A stretch of 33,867 bases of DNA, taken from positions 1 through 33,867 of IMG/VR virus record IMGVR_UViG_3300020045_002515. One strand, written 5' to 3'. Under the pieces are notes generated by a model. The model had not been told where the DNA came from, searched no databases, and saw nothing but the letters and a program-made list of their open reading frames with translations. Positions 16,759 through 25,227 of this stretch are shown piece by piece. A program made the translations under genes and the position numbers. The DNA comes from a virus (taxonomy: Duplodnaviria; Caudoviricetes). Position 1 is the stretch's first letter. The number at the start of each line of letters is the position of its first letter.

Positions 16759-19740
16759 GTGACAATAGCAAACAATGAACGAAAGAAGATTTTTGTGGGT
16801 AATGGGGCCGCTACTGCGTGGCCCTTCTCCTTCAAGGCTTTTGATGAATCAGATGTAGAGGTTTATATTACCGATGCTTCTGGCCATGATCTTAAGCTTG
16901 CTACTGGTGTAGGGTACCGCGTTACTCTTAATGTGGGCAGCGATGGCGGGGTGGTCGATTATCCTTTTCCTATTACCGGTACCAAACTTACTGCTGCTGA
17001 AAAGATTTCACTTACTCGGAATGTTCCATCTACGCAAGAAGTTGATCTGGTAGACCAGGGCCCTTTATTTGCTGAAGTGATTGAAGAAGGATTGGATCGC
17101 CTTACTGTTGTTAATCAACAACAACAAGAAAAATTAGATCGCTGCTTAAATATTCCCATCACTACTGAAGGGATTAATACTGCTTTACCTACTCCAATAG
17201 CGCTTCATTCTTTCAGATGGAACGCTGCCGGTAATGGATTTGAAACGACACTAGATCCTGCTACTGCGGTAGATGCTGCTATTGCTCAAAGGGATCTTGC
17301 TATTGCTGCCAGGGTTGGATCTGAAGCTGCGCGGGCGGGATCTGAATCAGTATTAGCAACAATGGAAGCTGATGTGAATAATGTTGCCCTGGCTGCAGTC
17401 GCGACAATTCAAGCTGATATTACCGCTTCAAAAGATGCAGCGGCCGGATCTGCTACTTTTGCATTAACCGCTAAAACCGCAGCGGAAGCAGCGGCGGCAT
17501 CTACTAATCAAGCTGCACCTAAAGCGGTATATGCTACATTGGTAGCGCTGCAAACTGCGTTCCCTACAGGAACTACAGGAGTATATTTAGTTGCTGCAGA
17601 TGGTAAATGGTATTATTGGTCTACATCTTGGATTGCAGGAGGGACATATCAAAGTACCGGAATAGCAAGCAAGAGCATTTCTCTTGATAAAACTAATTTT
17701 TTAACACCTGGCAAGAATATGTTTAATAAAAATACTATTACAAGTGGTTACTACATGAATGAAACCAATGGTAATTTAATTGCTAATGCTCTATCTAGTA
17801 TTAGTGACTATATTCCGCTAACCTCTGGTTTTCAATATGTAGATAATTTAGGTCGTTCTATGGCTTATTTTAACGAAAATAAAACATTTATAAGCGGTTT
17901 AAATTATCCGGCAATACCCGGTAGGATATATACACCACCCGCTAACGCTGCGTATATGAGAGTTTCCATGCTCAACACTAGTATTGCTACTTATCAACTT
18001 GAATTAGGAATTACGGCTTCGATATATGAAAAATACTATAACGATCTAGTTTATCCTAAAGACTTAATTGTTAAGCTTGCTAATTTAGACAAAGAGGTAA
18101 TAGATGCCATAACTATTGATTCGGTAATTGGTTTAGCTAACGCAAGAACCAGTTGGGCTGTTATGGGGCAAACACGTATTAACTCGCAGAAAAATACAAC
18201 TGATGGGTATATTACTAAAGTTAAGTTACATTCAAATGGAATCGCAACGATTAAAGTTAAACTATGGAGCCCGCATCCGATATTAGACCATAACTATGTA
18301 TTCAACACCGAATTTAGCATAACTACCTCAGCGGGCGAAGTAGAGTATACAGTCCCTAAAACATTTGTACCCAAAGGCAGCGTAATTGGGGTATATGGCC
18401 CGGTGGAGAATGATCTCGGGTATGTAAGTGGAGTTGGTTATAGTAAGACCCTTGCAGGGGATTTTATTGGTGATTTAAATGCTGAACCAACTGTATCGGC
18501 TTATTCGATATGTTTGAGTGCTACTATTTCTGCCACATCATCAGAAGGACTAGAAATAGTATCAGATCAAGTTTCTGATTTGGAAGATAAAACAAAAGCA
18601 AGTCAAAGAATCATTACGAATCAACTGTTCTACGAAAGATTCTTAGGGACATTGCCAAGTATTTTTACCAATCCTGGAAATTTTGTTTTAACTACTGGCA
18701 AGTTAAGTTCTCCTGTAGTAGTAGGCTATAATGCACAATTTTACTATAACGAAAAAACCGTACTTGATAACAATGTTATTTATGCGGAATGTAAATTGAC
18801 AAACCTTAGTTCAAATATTGGGCTAGGCTTAAATCCTCAATCTACTGTAGCGGCTGGACGATTAGCGGAAGTCGATTTTATCAACTCGAAAATCGTTATA
18901 AGAAAGGCTTGGAACTTTCAAAGCAGTATTTCAGACATTGCCATTGAAACTCCTTTAACCTTTACACCTGTTCTTAACAGAGTTTATAAATTGGAGTTTA
19001 AAAAAGATACTGCACAAAAAGGAATCTTCAAAGTAACGGATACGCTAACAGGCGAGTATACAGCTGTTAGTTATACAGCTGTTAGTAGTTCTGTTACGCT
19101 AGGCAATGGCTGGGAAGGTGCTTGTATTGTAGCTATTAACGGTAGTTTTGATGTGCTATCTATATCTATGTTTAATAACCAACCAACTAGGCCACAATTA
19201 GCCATTTATGGAGATAGTTTTATCGAAGGTAATACCATGATACCCAATATTGATAATAGGTATTGTTCTAAAGTAAAAGCGGCTCTAAATGGTAATTGTT
19301 TAATAGCGGGTGAAGGTGGCGCACAAGCAACCACTCTGATTGATAAACCTATTGATTTTCAAAATTATCAATCTAAATATACATTGTTAGCTATCGGAAC
19401 AAACGATAGTTTTGCATTGTTAGCTGACTTTAAAGCAAATCTGCAGATATTGATCGACAGAGTTGTTGCACTAGGCGGAGTGCCAATTTTACAAACGATC
19501 CCGCGACGAATAGAAGGTGCTACTGATAACCTTGTATTTATACAACAAGCTAATCCATGGATTAAAAGTTTAGGATATAAATATATTGATTTTGCAACGG
19601 CGCTATCCTTAAATTATGATGGTGAAACTCAAAATCCGGCATTGTTTTTATCTGACCATACCCATCCTAGCATTGCAGGGCACCTGGCCATGTATAACAA
19701 AATATTAGTTGATATTCCGGAGGTCTTTCTTGTAATATAA
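16759..19740 (+). CDS. Tail fibre/spike with T7 gp17-like N-terminal anchor and C-terminal SGNH/GDSL hydrolase
   Basis: N-terminal GNGAATAWPFSFKAF...LTRNVP...EEGLDRLT anchor; Ala-rich coiled segment; C-terminal GDSF, GEGG, GTND and DHTHP blocks of SGNH esterases. Confidence 0.88.
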   Translation: MTIANNERKKIFVGNGAATAWPFSFKAFDESDVEVYITDASGHDLKLATGVGYRVTLNVGSDGGVVDYPFPITGTKLTAAEKISLTRNVPSTQEVDLVDQGPLFAEVIEEGLDRLTVVNQQQQEKLDRCLNIPITTEGINTALPTPIALHSFRWNAAGNGFETTLDPATAVDAAIAQRDLAIAARVGSEAARAGSESVLATMEADVNNVALAAVATIQADITASKDAAAGSATFALTAKTAAEAAAASTNQAAPKAVYATLVALQTAFPTGTTGVYLVAADGKWYYWSTSWIAGGTYQSTGIASKSISLDKTNFLTPGKNMFNKNTITSGYYMNETNGNLIANALSSISDYIPLTSGFQYVDNLGRSMAYFNENKTFISGLNYPAIPGRIYTPPANAAYMRVSMLNTSIATYQLELGITASIYEKYYNDLVYPKDLIVKLANLDKEVIDAITIDSVIGLANARTSWAVMGQTRINSQKNTTDGYITKVKLHSNGIATIKVKLWSPHPILDHNYVFNTEFSITTSAGEVEYTVPKTFVPKGSVIGVYGPVENDLGYVSGVGYSKTLAGDFIGDLNAEPTVSAYSICLSATISATSSEGLEIVSDQVSDLEDKTKASQRIITNQLFYERFLGTLPSIFTNPGNFVLTTGKLSSPVVVGYNAQFYYNEKTVLDNNVIYAECKLTNLSSNIGLGLNPQSTVAAGRLAEVDFINSKIVIRKAWNFQSSISDIAIETPLTFTPVLNRVYKLEFKKDTAQKGIFKVTDTLTGEYTAVSYTAVSSSVTLGNGWEGACIVAINGSFDVLSISMFNNQPTRPQLAIYGDSFIEGNTMIPNIDNRYCSKVKAALNGNCLIAGEGGAQATTLIDKPIDFQNYQSKYTLLAIGTNDSFALLADFKANLQILIDRVVALGGVPILQTIPRRIEGATDNLVFIQQANPWIKSLGYKYIDFATALSLNYDGETQNPALFLSDHTHPSIAGHLAMYNKILVDIPEVFLVI
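19057..19086 (+). repeat. Perfect 15-bp tandem duplication (YTAVS x2) in the tail fibre gene
   Basis: TATACAGCTGTTAGT occurs twice in tandem, in frame. Confidence 0.9.
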
Positions 19741-19828
19741 ATTATCAAAGGGGCCCAGGCAGGAATATTCTTCCTGGGCATCCAATTACACAAATGGACA
19801 GGTAGCGAAAAGATGGGGGTGTTAGTTT

Positions 19829-20155
19829 GTGGTTGGCGATAAATATAACCAAGACGGAGTTATCGCAGTTGATGAAAGTATCATTCGGGAATTATTTGGG
19901 ATAATGCGGGAAAATACCGCTGCAGTCGCAAGTGTTGACAAAAAACTTACCGAACTATCTGCCACAATCCGGGAAAGAGAAAAAGGCTGCGACACGCATA
20001 ACCGGAAAACCGACAAGCTAGAAGGAAGGGTACATATTTTAGAGATCTGGCAAGCGGGGCAAGATGGATTGGGCGCTTTCATGTGGAAAGCATTGCCGCT
20101 TTGCTTTGCTGCTATCAGTCTGGGGGTGGCCATATATGTAGGTATGCACAAGTAA
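19829..20155 (+). CDS. Coiled-coil protein with C-terminal TM helix (XhlA-like lysis-associated protein)
   Basis: Heptad-like region followed by ALPLCFAAISLGVAIYVG; first gene of the lysis cassette. Confidence 0.6.
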   Translation: MVGDKYNQDGVIAVDESIIRELFGIMRENTAAVASVDKKLTELSATIREREKGCDTHNRKTDKLEGRVHILEIWQAGQDGLGAFMWKALPLCFAAISLGVAIYVGMHK

Positions 20156-20167
20156 AGGAGGATAGTT

Positions 20168-20437
20168 ATGTGGGACAACTTGAAGCAGATGTGGGTTAAT
20201 CTGCCCTTAGTGTTATCGGACACCTACGAACCAATTGCAATAAGCTTAAACAGGATCTTAATAACTTTCATAGTATTGAATATCTTTTTGATGGCATGGT
20301 ATGTACTTCACTTCCGGCCCGAAATGATAGACAAGTTTGCAGCAATTCTTCCGCCAATTCTTACTTTTATAGGTGCCCTGGTAGCGCAGGAAGCGTTTAA
20401 AAAAGGTTTAAATACTTATAAAGAAATCAATAAGTAA
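20168..20437 (+). CDS. Putative holin
   Basis: 89 aa, two hydrophobic helices, basic C-terminal tail; directly upstream of the endolysin. Confidence 0.75.
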   Translation: MWDNLKQMWVNLPLVLSDTYEPIAISLNRILITFIVLNIFLMAWYVLHFRPEMIDKFAAILPPILTFIGALVAQEAFKKGLNTYKEINK

Positions 20438-20448
20438 GGGGGAACATC

Positions 20449-21027
20449 ATGGCTAAGCTGATAATAATAGATCCTGGGCATAGCGGGACACCGGATCCGG
20501 GCGCAGTCGGGCCGGCAGGAACACGCGAAAGCGATAGGGCCCTGGAAGTAGCGCAGAAGATCAAGGCGGGACTTATGCGACTTAACATCCCGGTAGCTTT
20601 AACCAGGGAATTGAACGATCAACCGGTGACTGATGATCTTAAGTACCGCACAGATCTATCAAACGATTACGCTGCAGCTGCTTTTATAAGCTTGCATTGT
20701 AATGCTGCAGAAAATCCATCTGCGGTAGGCTGCGAAATATGGACAAGTCCAGGTCAGACCGGCGCTGATGATTTGGCCGAATCGGTATTAGGCTGTTTTA
20801 AAAAGTCTATGCCTGGCCTATACCTTCGCAAAGATACAAGCGATGGCGATGGTGATAAGGAAGCAAGATTCTATGTACTTCTTTATACTGATGCACCGGC
20901 CATACTTATCGAAATGGGTTTTATCTCTAATCCGGAAGAAGAAATGTTACTTGCAAGCGCTGATTATCAATTTAAGATCGCGCAAACTATTATCGATGGC
21001 ATTGTGTCCTGGCTGCAGGAGGTATGA
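20449..21027 (+). CDS. Endolysin, N-acetylmuramoyl-L-alanine amidase (Amidase_3), catalytic domain only
   Basis: IIIDPGHSG..DPGAVG..E, FISLHCNA, PAILIEMGFISN zinc-amidase motifs; no cell-wall-binding domain. Confidence 0.95.
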   Translation: MAKLIIIDPGHSGTPDPGAVGPAGTRESDRALEVAQKIKAGLMRLNIPVALTRELNDQPVTDDLKYRTDLSNDYAAAAFISLHCNAAENPSAVGCEIWTSPGQTGADDLAESVLGCFKKSMPGLYLRKDTSDGDGDKEARFYVLLYTDAPAILIEMGFISNPEEEMLLASADYQFKIAQTIIDGIVSWLQEV

Positions 21028-21644
21028 CAATGCAAACGAATAAGGGGATGATAATAGGCGGCTGCGTTATATTCCTGCTCGGTCTGGGCCTGGGGGCCTG
21101 GGCATCCTATTCCTGGTTTGTCCCGGATCTTCGTGCCGATGCAAGTAAATATCAATTGTTATCTGAATTTATGGCCAAACAACCATTGCCAATAAAAGAA
21201 ACTGCGACTATAAAAACAGTAACAGAAATTCAATACGTTGATAAGCTTATCGATCCAGGTACCGGCCAGAAAGAAAAAACCGATGTTCAATTGGCCACAA
21301 CTAAACCAGTAGTAGGGGTTAAAGTGAATGGCCAGTCCTGGCAGTTTGATCTTAAGGATGGGGAAACGCAGAAATTTGAGAATGGAAAAGTAGTCTTAGA
21401 CCAAAATTCTTCTATTGGTATTGATCTCGATGTTCGGCCGATGGTAGCGGCCCTGGCTGCTGAACAAGCTGCAGTAATAAAGAAGCGATATGATAAGCCA
21501 AATGGTACCGGGGCCCTTTATACTTCAGATGGATGGCAAGCAATACAGATCAGAAGGTTATCTCCTAGTTTTGAAGTAGTTGCCGAAGTAACGCTGCCGG
21601 ATCCAGGTAAGCATATCGGGGGCGGGTTAATTTACAGATACTAA
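21024..21644 (+). CDS. Membrane-anchored lysis accessory protein (spanin candidate)
   Basis: N-terminal TM helix, soluble linker and C-terminal beta-strand-like segment ending GGGLIYRY; ATGA overlap with the endolysin. Confidence 0.6.
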   Translation: MTMQTNKGMIIGGCVIFLLGLGLGAWASYSWFVPDLRADASKYQLLSEFMAKQPLPIKETATIKTVTEIQYVDKLIDPGTGQKEKTDVQLATTKPVVGVKVNGQSWQFDLKDGETQKFENGKVVLDQNSSIGIDLDVRPMVAALAAEQAAVIKKRYDKPNGTGALYTSDGWQAIQIRRLSPSFEVVAEVTLPDPGKHIGGGLIYRY

Positions 21645-21654
21645 TTTAATGAAC

Positions 21655-21683
21655 TTGTAATAAAAACCACCTTTTGCCATACT
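21655..21683 (+). promoter_or_regulatory. SigmaA-type promoter overlapping the late terminator
   Basis: TTGTAA-17 bp-CATACT with an extended -10 TG. Confidence 0.5.
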
Positions 21684-21706
21684 ATATAGCAAGGGGTGAT
21701 TTTTTA
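21662..21706. terminator. Probably bidirectional intrinsic terminator after the lysis cassette
   Basis: AAAAACCACCTTTTGC...GCAAGGGGTGATTTTTT imperfect stem flanked by A and T runs. Confidence 0.65.
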
Positions 21707-21804
21707 TGTTGGACTATATGCAAATTTTAGTCGTGGCGCTCTTATATTCGACTGCTCTTTATCTGGTGAAGCGAAATGGCCGGCATCCTAATGGGAAACT
21801 TTAA
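21706..21804 (+). CDS. 32-aa single-TM micro-peptide (not in the ORF track)
   Basis: MLDYMQILVVALLYSTALYLVKRNGRHPNGKL*, preceded by SD AAGGGGTG. Confidence 0.55.
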   Translation: MLDYMQILVVALLYSTALYLVKRNGRHPNGKL

Positions 21805-21980
21805 GGACTGGCTGCGGGGCATAGGGGTAGGCTAACAGGGGGCGGGTGTTTACATCCAAATATACCGGTAAAAAACAAAAGCGCTTTAAGGGCCCTTTAT
21901 GCTCGTTTAAATGGAAGCTCATTTTAAGCAGGAATTATACATATCTATCCAGAAGTAAGCGGGGCACATCCTTTTTAACA

Positions 21981-22005
21981 CCGGTAGAAATACCGGCCTT
22001 TTTTT
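21981..22005 (+). terminator. Intrinsic terminator
   Basis: CCGGTA-GAAA-TACCGG hairpin followed by CC and 7 T. Confidence 0.75.
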
Positions 22006-22052
22006 GCTCAAAAATAGGGACTTTAGTCCTAGTTTAAAAAGTGAGAAATGAG

Positions 22053-22081
22053 TGGACAAGCAATAAGTAGAGTGATATAGT
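22053..22081 (+). promoter_or_regulatory. SigmaA-type early promoter
   Basis: TGGACA-17 bp-TATAGT with extended TG, followed by SD AGGAGGTG and ATG 22101. Confidence 0.7.
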
Positions 22082-22100
22082 AGTACCAGGAGGTGAAAAC

Positions 22101-22268
22101 ATGAACGACAAACTACTTACAAAAAAAGAGTTAAGCGAAGTATTAAGCGTTAGCTTAGCAACAATCGACCGGATGCGTTTGCAAGGACTACCGGCAATTA
22201 AGATGCGGAACGCAGTAAGGTTTGACAAGGGCCTGGTGCAAGAATGGTTAGATAAGAAAAATACTTAA
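22101..22268 (+). CDS. Excisionase/MerR-like HTH (HTH_17) DNA-binding protein, 55 aa (not in the ORF track)
   Basis: MNDKLLTKKELSEVLSVSLATIDRMRLQGLPAIKMRNAVRFDKGLVQEWLDKKNT*; perfect SD. Confidence 0.88.
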   Translation: MNDKLLTKKELSEVLSVSLATIDRMRLQGLPAIKMRNAVRFDKGLVQEWLDKKNT

Positions 22269-22293
22269 GTTGTGGAAGATGGGGGTGGAGAGT

Positions 22294-22464
22294 TTGCCGA
22301 AGATGCAGCAGCAGTCAATCAAAAAATCTATGGTTGGCATAGGGGCCCTGGTGCTTGTTTTAGCGGATCGATATATGGATAGAATTGTTTATTGTGGTTT
22401 ATGGTTAGCAAGTGTTTATATTTTCGCTCATGTACTTACTGCGATCCAATCTGGTAGATTCTAA
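22294..22464 (+). CDS. Small membrane protein, unknown function
   Basis: SD GGGGGTG before TTG 22294 (alternative ATG 22303); hydrophobic segments. Confidence 0.55.
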   Translation: MPKMQQQSIKKSMVGIGALVLVLADRYMDRIVYCGLWLASVYIFAHVLTAIQSGRF

Positions 22465-22488
22465 AATAAAAAAGGATGGTGCAAATTC

Positions 22489-24114
22489 ATGTCAAGAATC
22501 AAGCGGTTAGAAATTAAGAATTGTCTGGGTATTAAGGAATTGTCTTTCAATCCTGGTAAGATTACAGTTATCTCCGGCGGCAATGAAAAGTCTAAAACAT
22601 CTATTCTGGAAGTCATTGAAAAGGGCCTTTATAATTCAGATCGCCGGGCCAAGTTTGTAAGATCTGGCGAAGAACAAGCTTATATCGAAATAACTACCGA
22701 TGATGATATCAAGATCGAACGAACTGTAACGGCCGATGCTGCCGGCAATAGTGTAGGTAATAGTGTAAAGGTATCCTCAAAAGGGCATCCGCAAAATTCG
22801 CCGGAAACATTCTTAAAAAATCTATTTGGCGCATTACAACCTGGCAAGAAAACCCGCGAAGTATTTGCGTTTAATCCAATTGATTTCATGCAAAAGAAAG
22901 ATGCAGAACAGACCGATATTCTTCTGGGATTGCTGCCGATTAGTGTTTCATTGGCCGATGTTTCGCGATGGTTTAATAGTGAAGTACCTGGCAAGATTGA
23001 TTATTCCCGGCATGGTTTACAAGTATTGAAGGATTTAGAAAAATACTGGTATGATGCTAGGCGCGAAGCTAATAGTGCGGTGAAGCATACTGAATTTGAT
23101 GCTGAAGCAACTGCAAGTAAGCTTCCAGATAACTATTGCCTTGAAAACTGGAAGGACATTTCTTTGGCTGAATTATATGTTAGTGTGCAGGAAGCGCAAA
23201 AAACTAATGTTTCCCGCGAAAAAGCACAACTATGTATCAATGACTATGATGGCAACTTAGAAATATTGTATATAACCTTTAATTCAAAAATGAAAGAAGC
23301 ACAAGAAATCGCAGAGTTTAGAAAAAACAAGATCACGACTGCCCATCAAGAGGACAGGCAGAAATTAGTGATCACTATTACCGGCATCGATAATTCAATA
23401 GCTGAACTGCTTAAACAGATCGAAGAACTTAAGCAACGTAAATTAGATACTGAAAAAGATCTTATGGTTTTTGATGGTGTTGTTCTTGATGGTAAGTATG
23501 CCATTATCGATACTGAACTGTCCGGCAATCTTAAGGCTATTGATGCAGACAAGCAGCGCGAACTTGCGGCCCTGGCAGCTAAGAAATTACAAGCTGAAAC
23601 ATTCTTAGAAGATAATCCATGGATAGATCTTGAACCTATTCAACATAAAGCTGAACACGCTGAAAAAATGAAAACATTCATTCCGCTTGCAACTGAATTA
23701 TCTGCCATCAATGCCCGGTTACTAAAAGAACAAGCAACTGCCGAATTATATAATATGTATGTAAATGTTTGTCGTGAAAAGCCGGCTGAATTACTGGCCA
23801 ATGTAGAATTGCCCATCGAAGGATTAGGACTTGATTCTGATAACCGGGTAACATTCCCTAATGATGATGGTGTACCTTTACCATTAATAAACCATTCTAC
23901 TAGCAAGCAGATCCGTATTTGTTTAGACATTGCCCGCGCTTATGCAAAAGATAGTCCGGTACAATTAATCTGCGTGGATAGACTTGAATCTTTAGATACT
24001 GATAACCAGGCGGAATTTATGAAGCAGATTGAAGAATCGGATGATAGCTTTGCATATTTCGTAACATTAGTTACTAGCGGGGATCTCAAAATTGAAACGA
24101 AGGAAGGTAAGTAA
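22489..24114 (+). CDS. SMC/Rad50-like ABC ATPase
   Basis: IKRLEIKN..GI, Walker A-like GGNEKSKTS, long coiled coil, Walker B/D-loop ICVDRLESLD. Confidence 0.85.
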   Translation: MSRIKRLEIKNCLGIKELSFNPGKITVISGGNEKSKTSILEVIEKGLYNSDRRAKFVRSGEEQAYIEITTDDDIKIERTVTADAAGNSVGNSVKVSSKGHPQNSPETFLKNLFGALQPGKKTREVFAFNPIDFMQKKDAEQTDILLGLLPISVSLADVSRWFNSEVPGKIDYSRHGLQVLKDLEKYWYDARREANSAVKHTEFDAEATASKLPDNYCLENWKDISLAELYVSVQEAQKTNVSREKAQLCINDYDGNLEILYITFNSKMKEAQEIAEFRKNKITTAHQEDRQKLVITITGIDNSIAELLKQIEELKQRKLDTEKDLMVFDGVVLDGKYAIIDTELSGNLKAIDADKQRELAALAAKKLQAETFLEDNPWIDLEPIQHKAEHAEKMKTFIPLATELSAINARLLKEQATAELYNMYVNVCREKPAELLANVELPIEGLGLDSDNRVTFPNDDGVPLPLINHSTSKQIRICLDIARAYAKDSPVQLICVDRLESLDTDNQAEFMKQIEESDDSFAYFVTLVTSGDLKIETKEGK

Positions 24115-24116
24115 TA

Positions 24117-24383
24117 ATGGTAGTAAGGCAGTACAGAAAAAAACCGATAGTCATTGAAGCAATGCAATTTAAACATGGCAACTTTGATGATTGTGAAAAA
24201 TTTGTCGGCGGGGATGCTGAATGGCGCAATGGTGAAATGATTATCGCTACACTAGAAGGGGCGATGCACGTTAGCAATGAGGATTATATCATCAAAGGAA
24301 TTAAGGGAGAATTTTACCCTTGTAAGCCGGATATTTTTGAAGCTACTTATGAAATAGTAGGGGGTACTTATCGTGGGAAATGA
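24117..24383 (+). CDS. Conserved phage hypothetical protein (YRKKP...TLEG...YPCKPDIF family)
   Basis: Widespread phage motif YRKKPIVIEA...IATLEGAM...DYIIKGIKGEFYPCKPDIFEATYE. Confidence 0.85.
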   Translation: MVVRQYRKKPIVIEAMQFKHGNFDDCEKFVGGDAEWRNGEMIIATLEGAMHVSNEDYIIKGIKGEFYPCKPDIFEATYEIVGGTYRGK

Positions 24384-25227
24384 ATTTGAGTATGAAGGGC
24401 CCGGTGATTTCTCTAATAAACCTAAACCAATGCCTACGGCAGCGGCGCTTATAGCGCCCGCCGGTGTAGAGGTAGCAAAAGCAAAAGCATCCCAGGAAGT
24501 ACAAGCTGCAGTATTTATGGCCAAGCAATTCCCACGTGATTATGATCTGGCTTATGCTAGAATTATGAAAGCTTGCACCAGAAAGACATTAGCTTCCCAG
24601 GCAGTATATTCTTATCCCAGGGGCGGGGAAACAGTAACAGGGCCCAGTATTCGACTAGCTGAAGCATTGGCCCAAGCATGGGGGAATATGCAAGCAGGGA
24701 TCAAGGAAATAGATCAAAGGGATGGGGTTACTACCATGGAAGCTTATGCCTGGGATCTGGAAACTAACACGCGGATCTCTAAGGAATTTCATGTAAAGCA
24801 TGAGCGCCACACTAAGCGTGGGGTTAACAAACTAACGGATCCCAGGGATCTATATGAGGTAGCAGCTAATAACGGCGCTAGGAGGATGCGGGCCTGCATT
24901 TTAAGTGTTATTCCTGGCGATGTGATAGAAGATGCAGTCCGGCAATGCAAAAAGACTTTAACGGATACCGGTGAACCATTGGATATCAGAGTAAGAAATA
25001 TGGTCAATGTTTTTGAGAAGGAATTTAGGGTTACGAAGGATCAAGTCGAAAAGTATATAGGGTATTCAAGCGCTAACTTTGATATTGATGATCTGGTAAA
25101 CCTTATCGGGGTGCATAAAGCAATTAAGGATAAGGTAGGTAAGCGGGAAGATTACTTCGAGATTGTCCCGGTAATGACTGAAACAGAAAAAGAATTTAAG
25201 GCGATGAAGGGAGAAGTAGAAGCATGA
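24373..25227 (+). CDS. Putative single-strand annealing recombinase
   Basis: AKQFPRD, YSYPRGG..VTGPSIRLAE...WGN, AWDLETN motifs; adjacent to an exonuclease. Confidence 0.6.
   Translation: MGNEFEYEGPGDFSNKPKPMPTAAALIAPAGVEVAKAKASQEVQAAVFMAKQFPRDYDLAYARIMKACTRKTLASQAVYSYPRGGETVTGPSIRLAEALAQAWGNMQAGIKEIDQRDGVTTMEAYAWDLETNTRISKEFHVKHERHTKRGVNKLTDPRDLYEVAANNGARRMRACILSVIPGDVIEDAVRQCKKTLTDTGEPLDIRVRNMVNVFEKEFRVTKDQVEKYIGYSSANFDIDDLVNLIGVHKAIKDKVGKREDYFEIVPVMTETEKEFKAMKGEVEA

Noticed and set aside
17281-17520. Ala-rich repeats (ARVGSE/ARAGSE) in the tail fibre
   Set aside because: Ordinary low-complexity coiled stalk of phage fibres.
19753-19779. GCCCAGG...CCTGGGC hairpin between the tail fibre and lysis genes
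   Set aside because: No U-tract, so not called a terminator; it could be a processing or stability hairpin, but nothing further supports that.
16759-19830. Diversity-generating retroelement acting on the tail fibre
   Set aside because: No reverse transcriptase and no template/variable repeat pair seen in the window.
21846-22037. 63-aa basic ORF in the control region
   Set aside because: It runs through the terminator at 21981-22005 and has no recognisable motif; probably non-coding, although a G-rich SD-like stretch precedes it.
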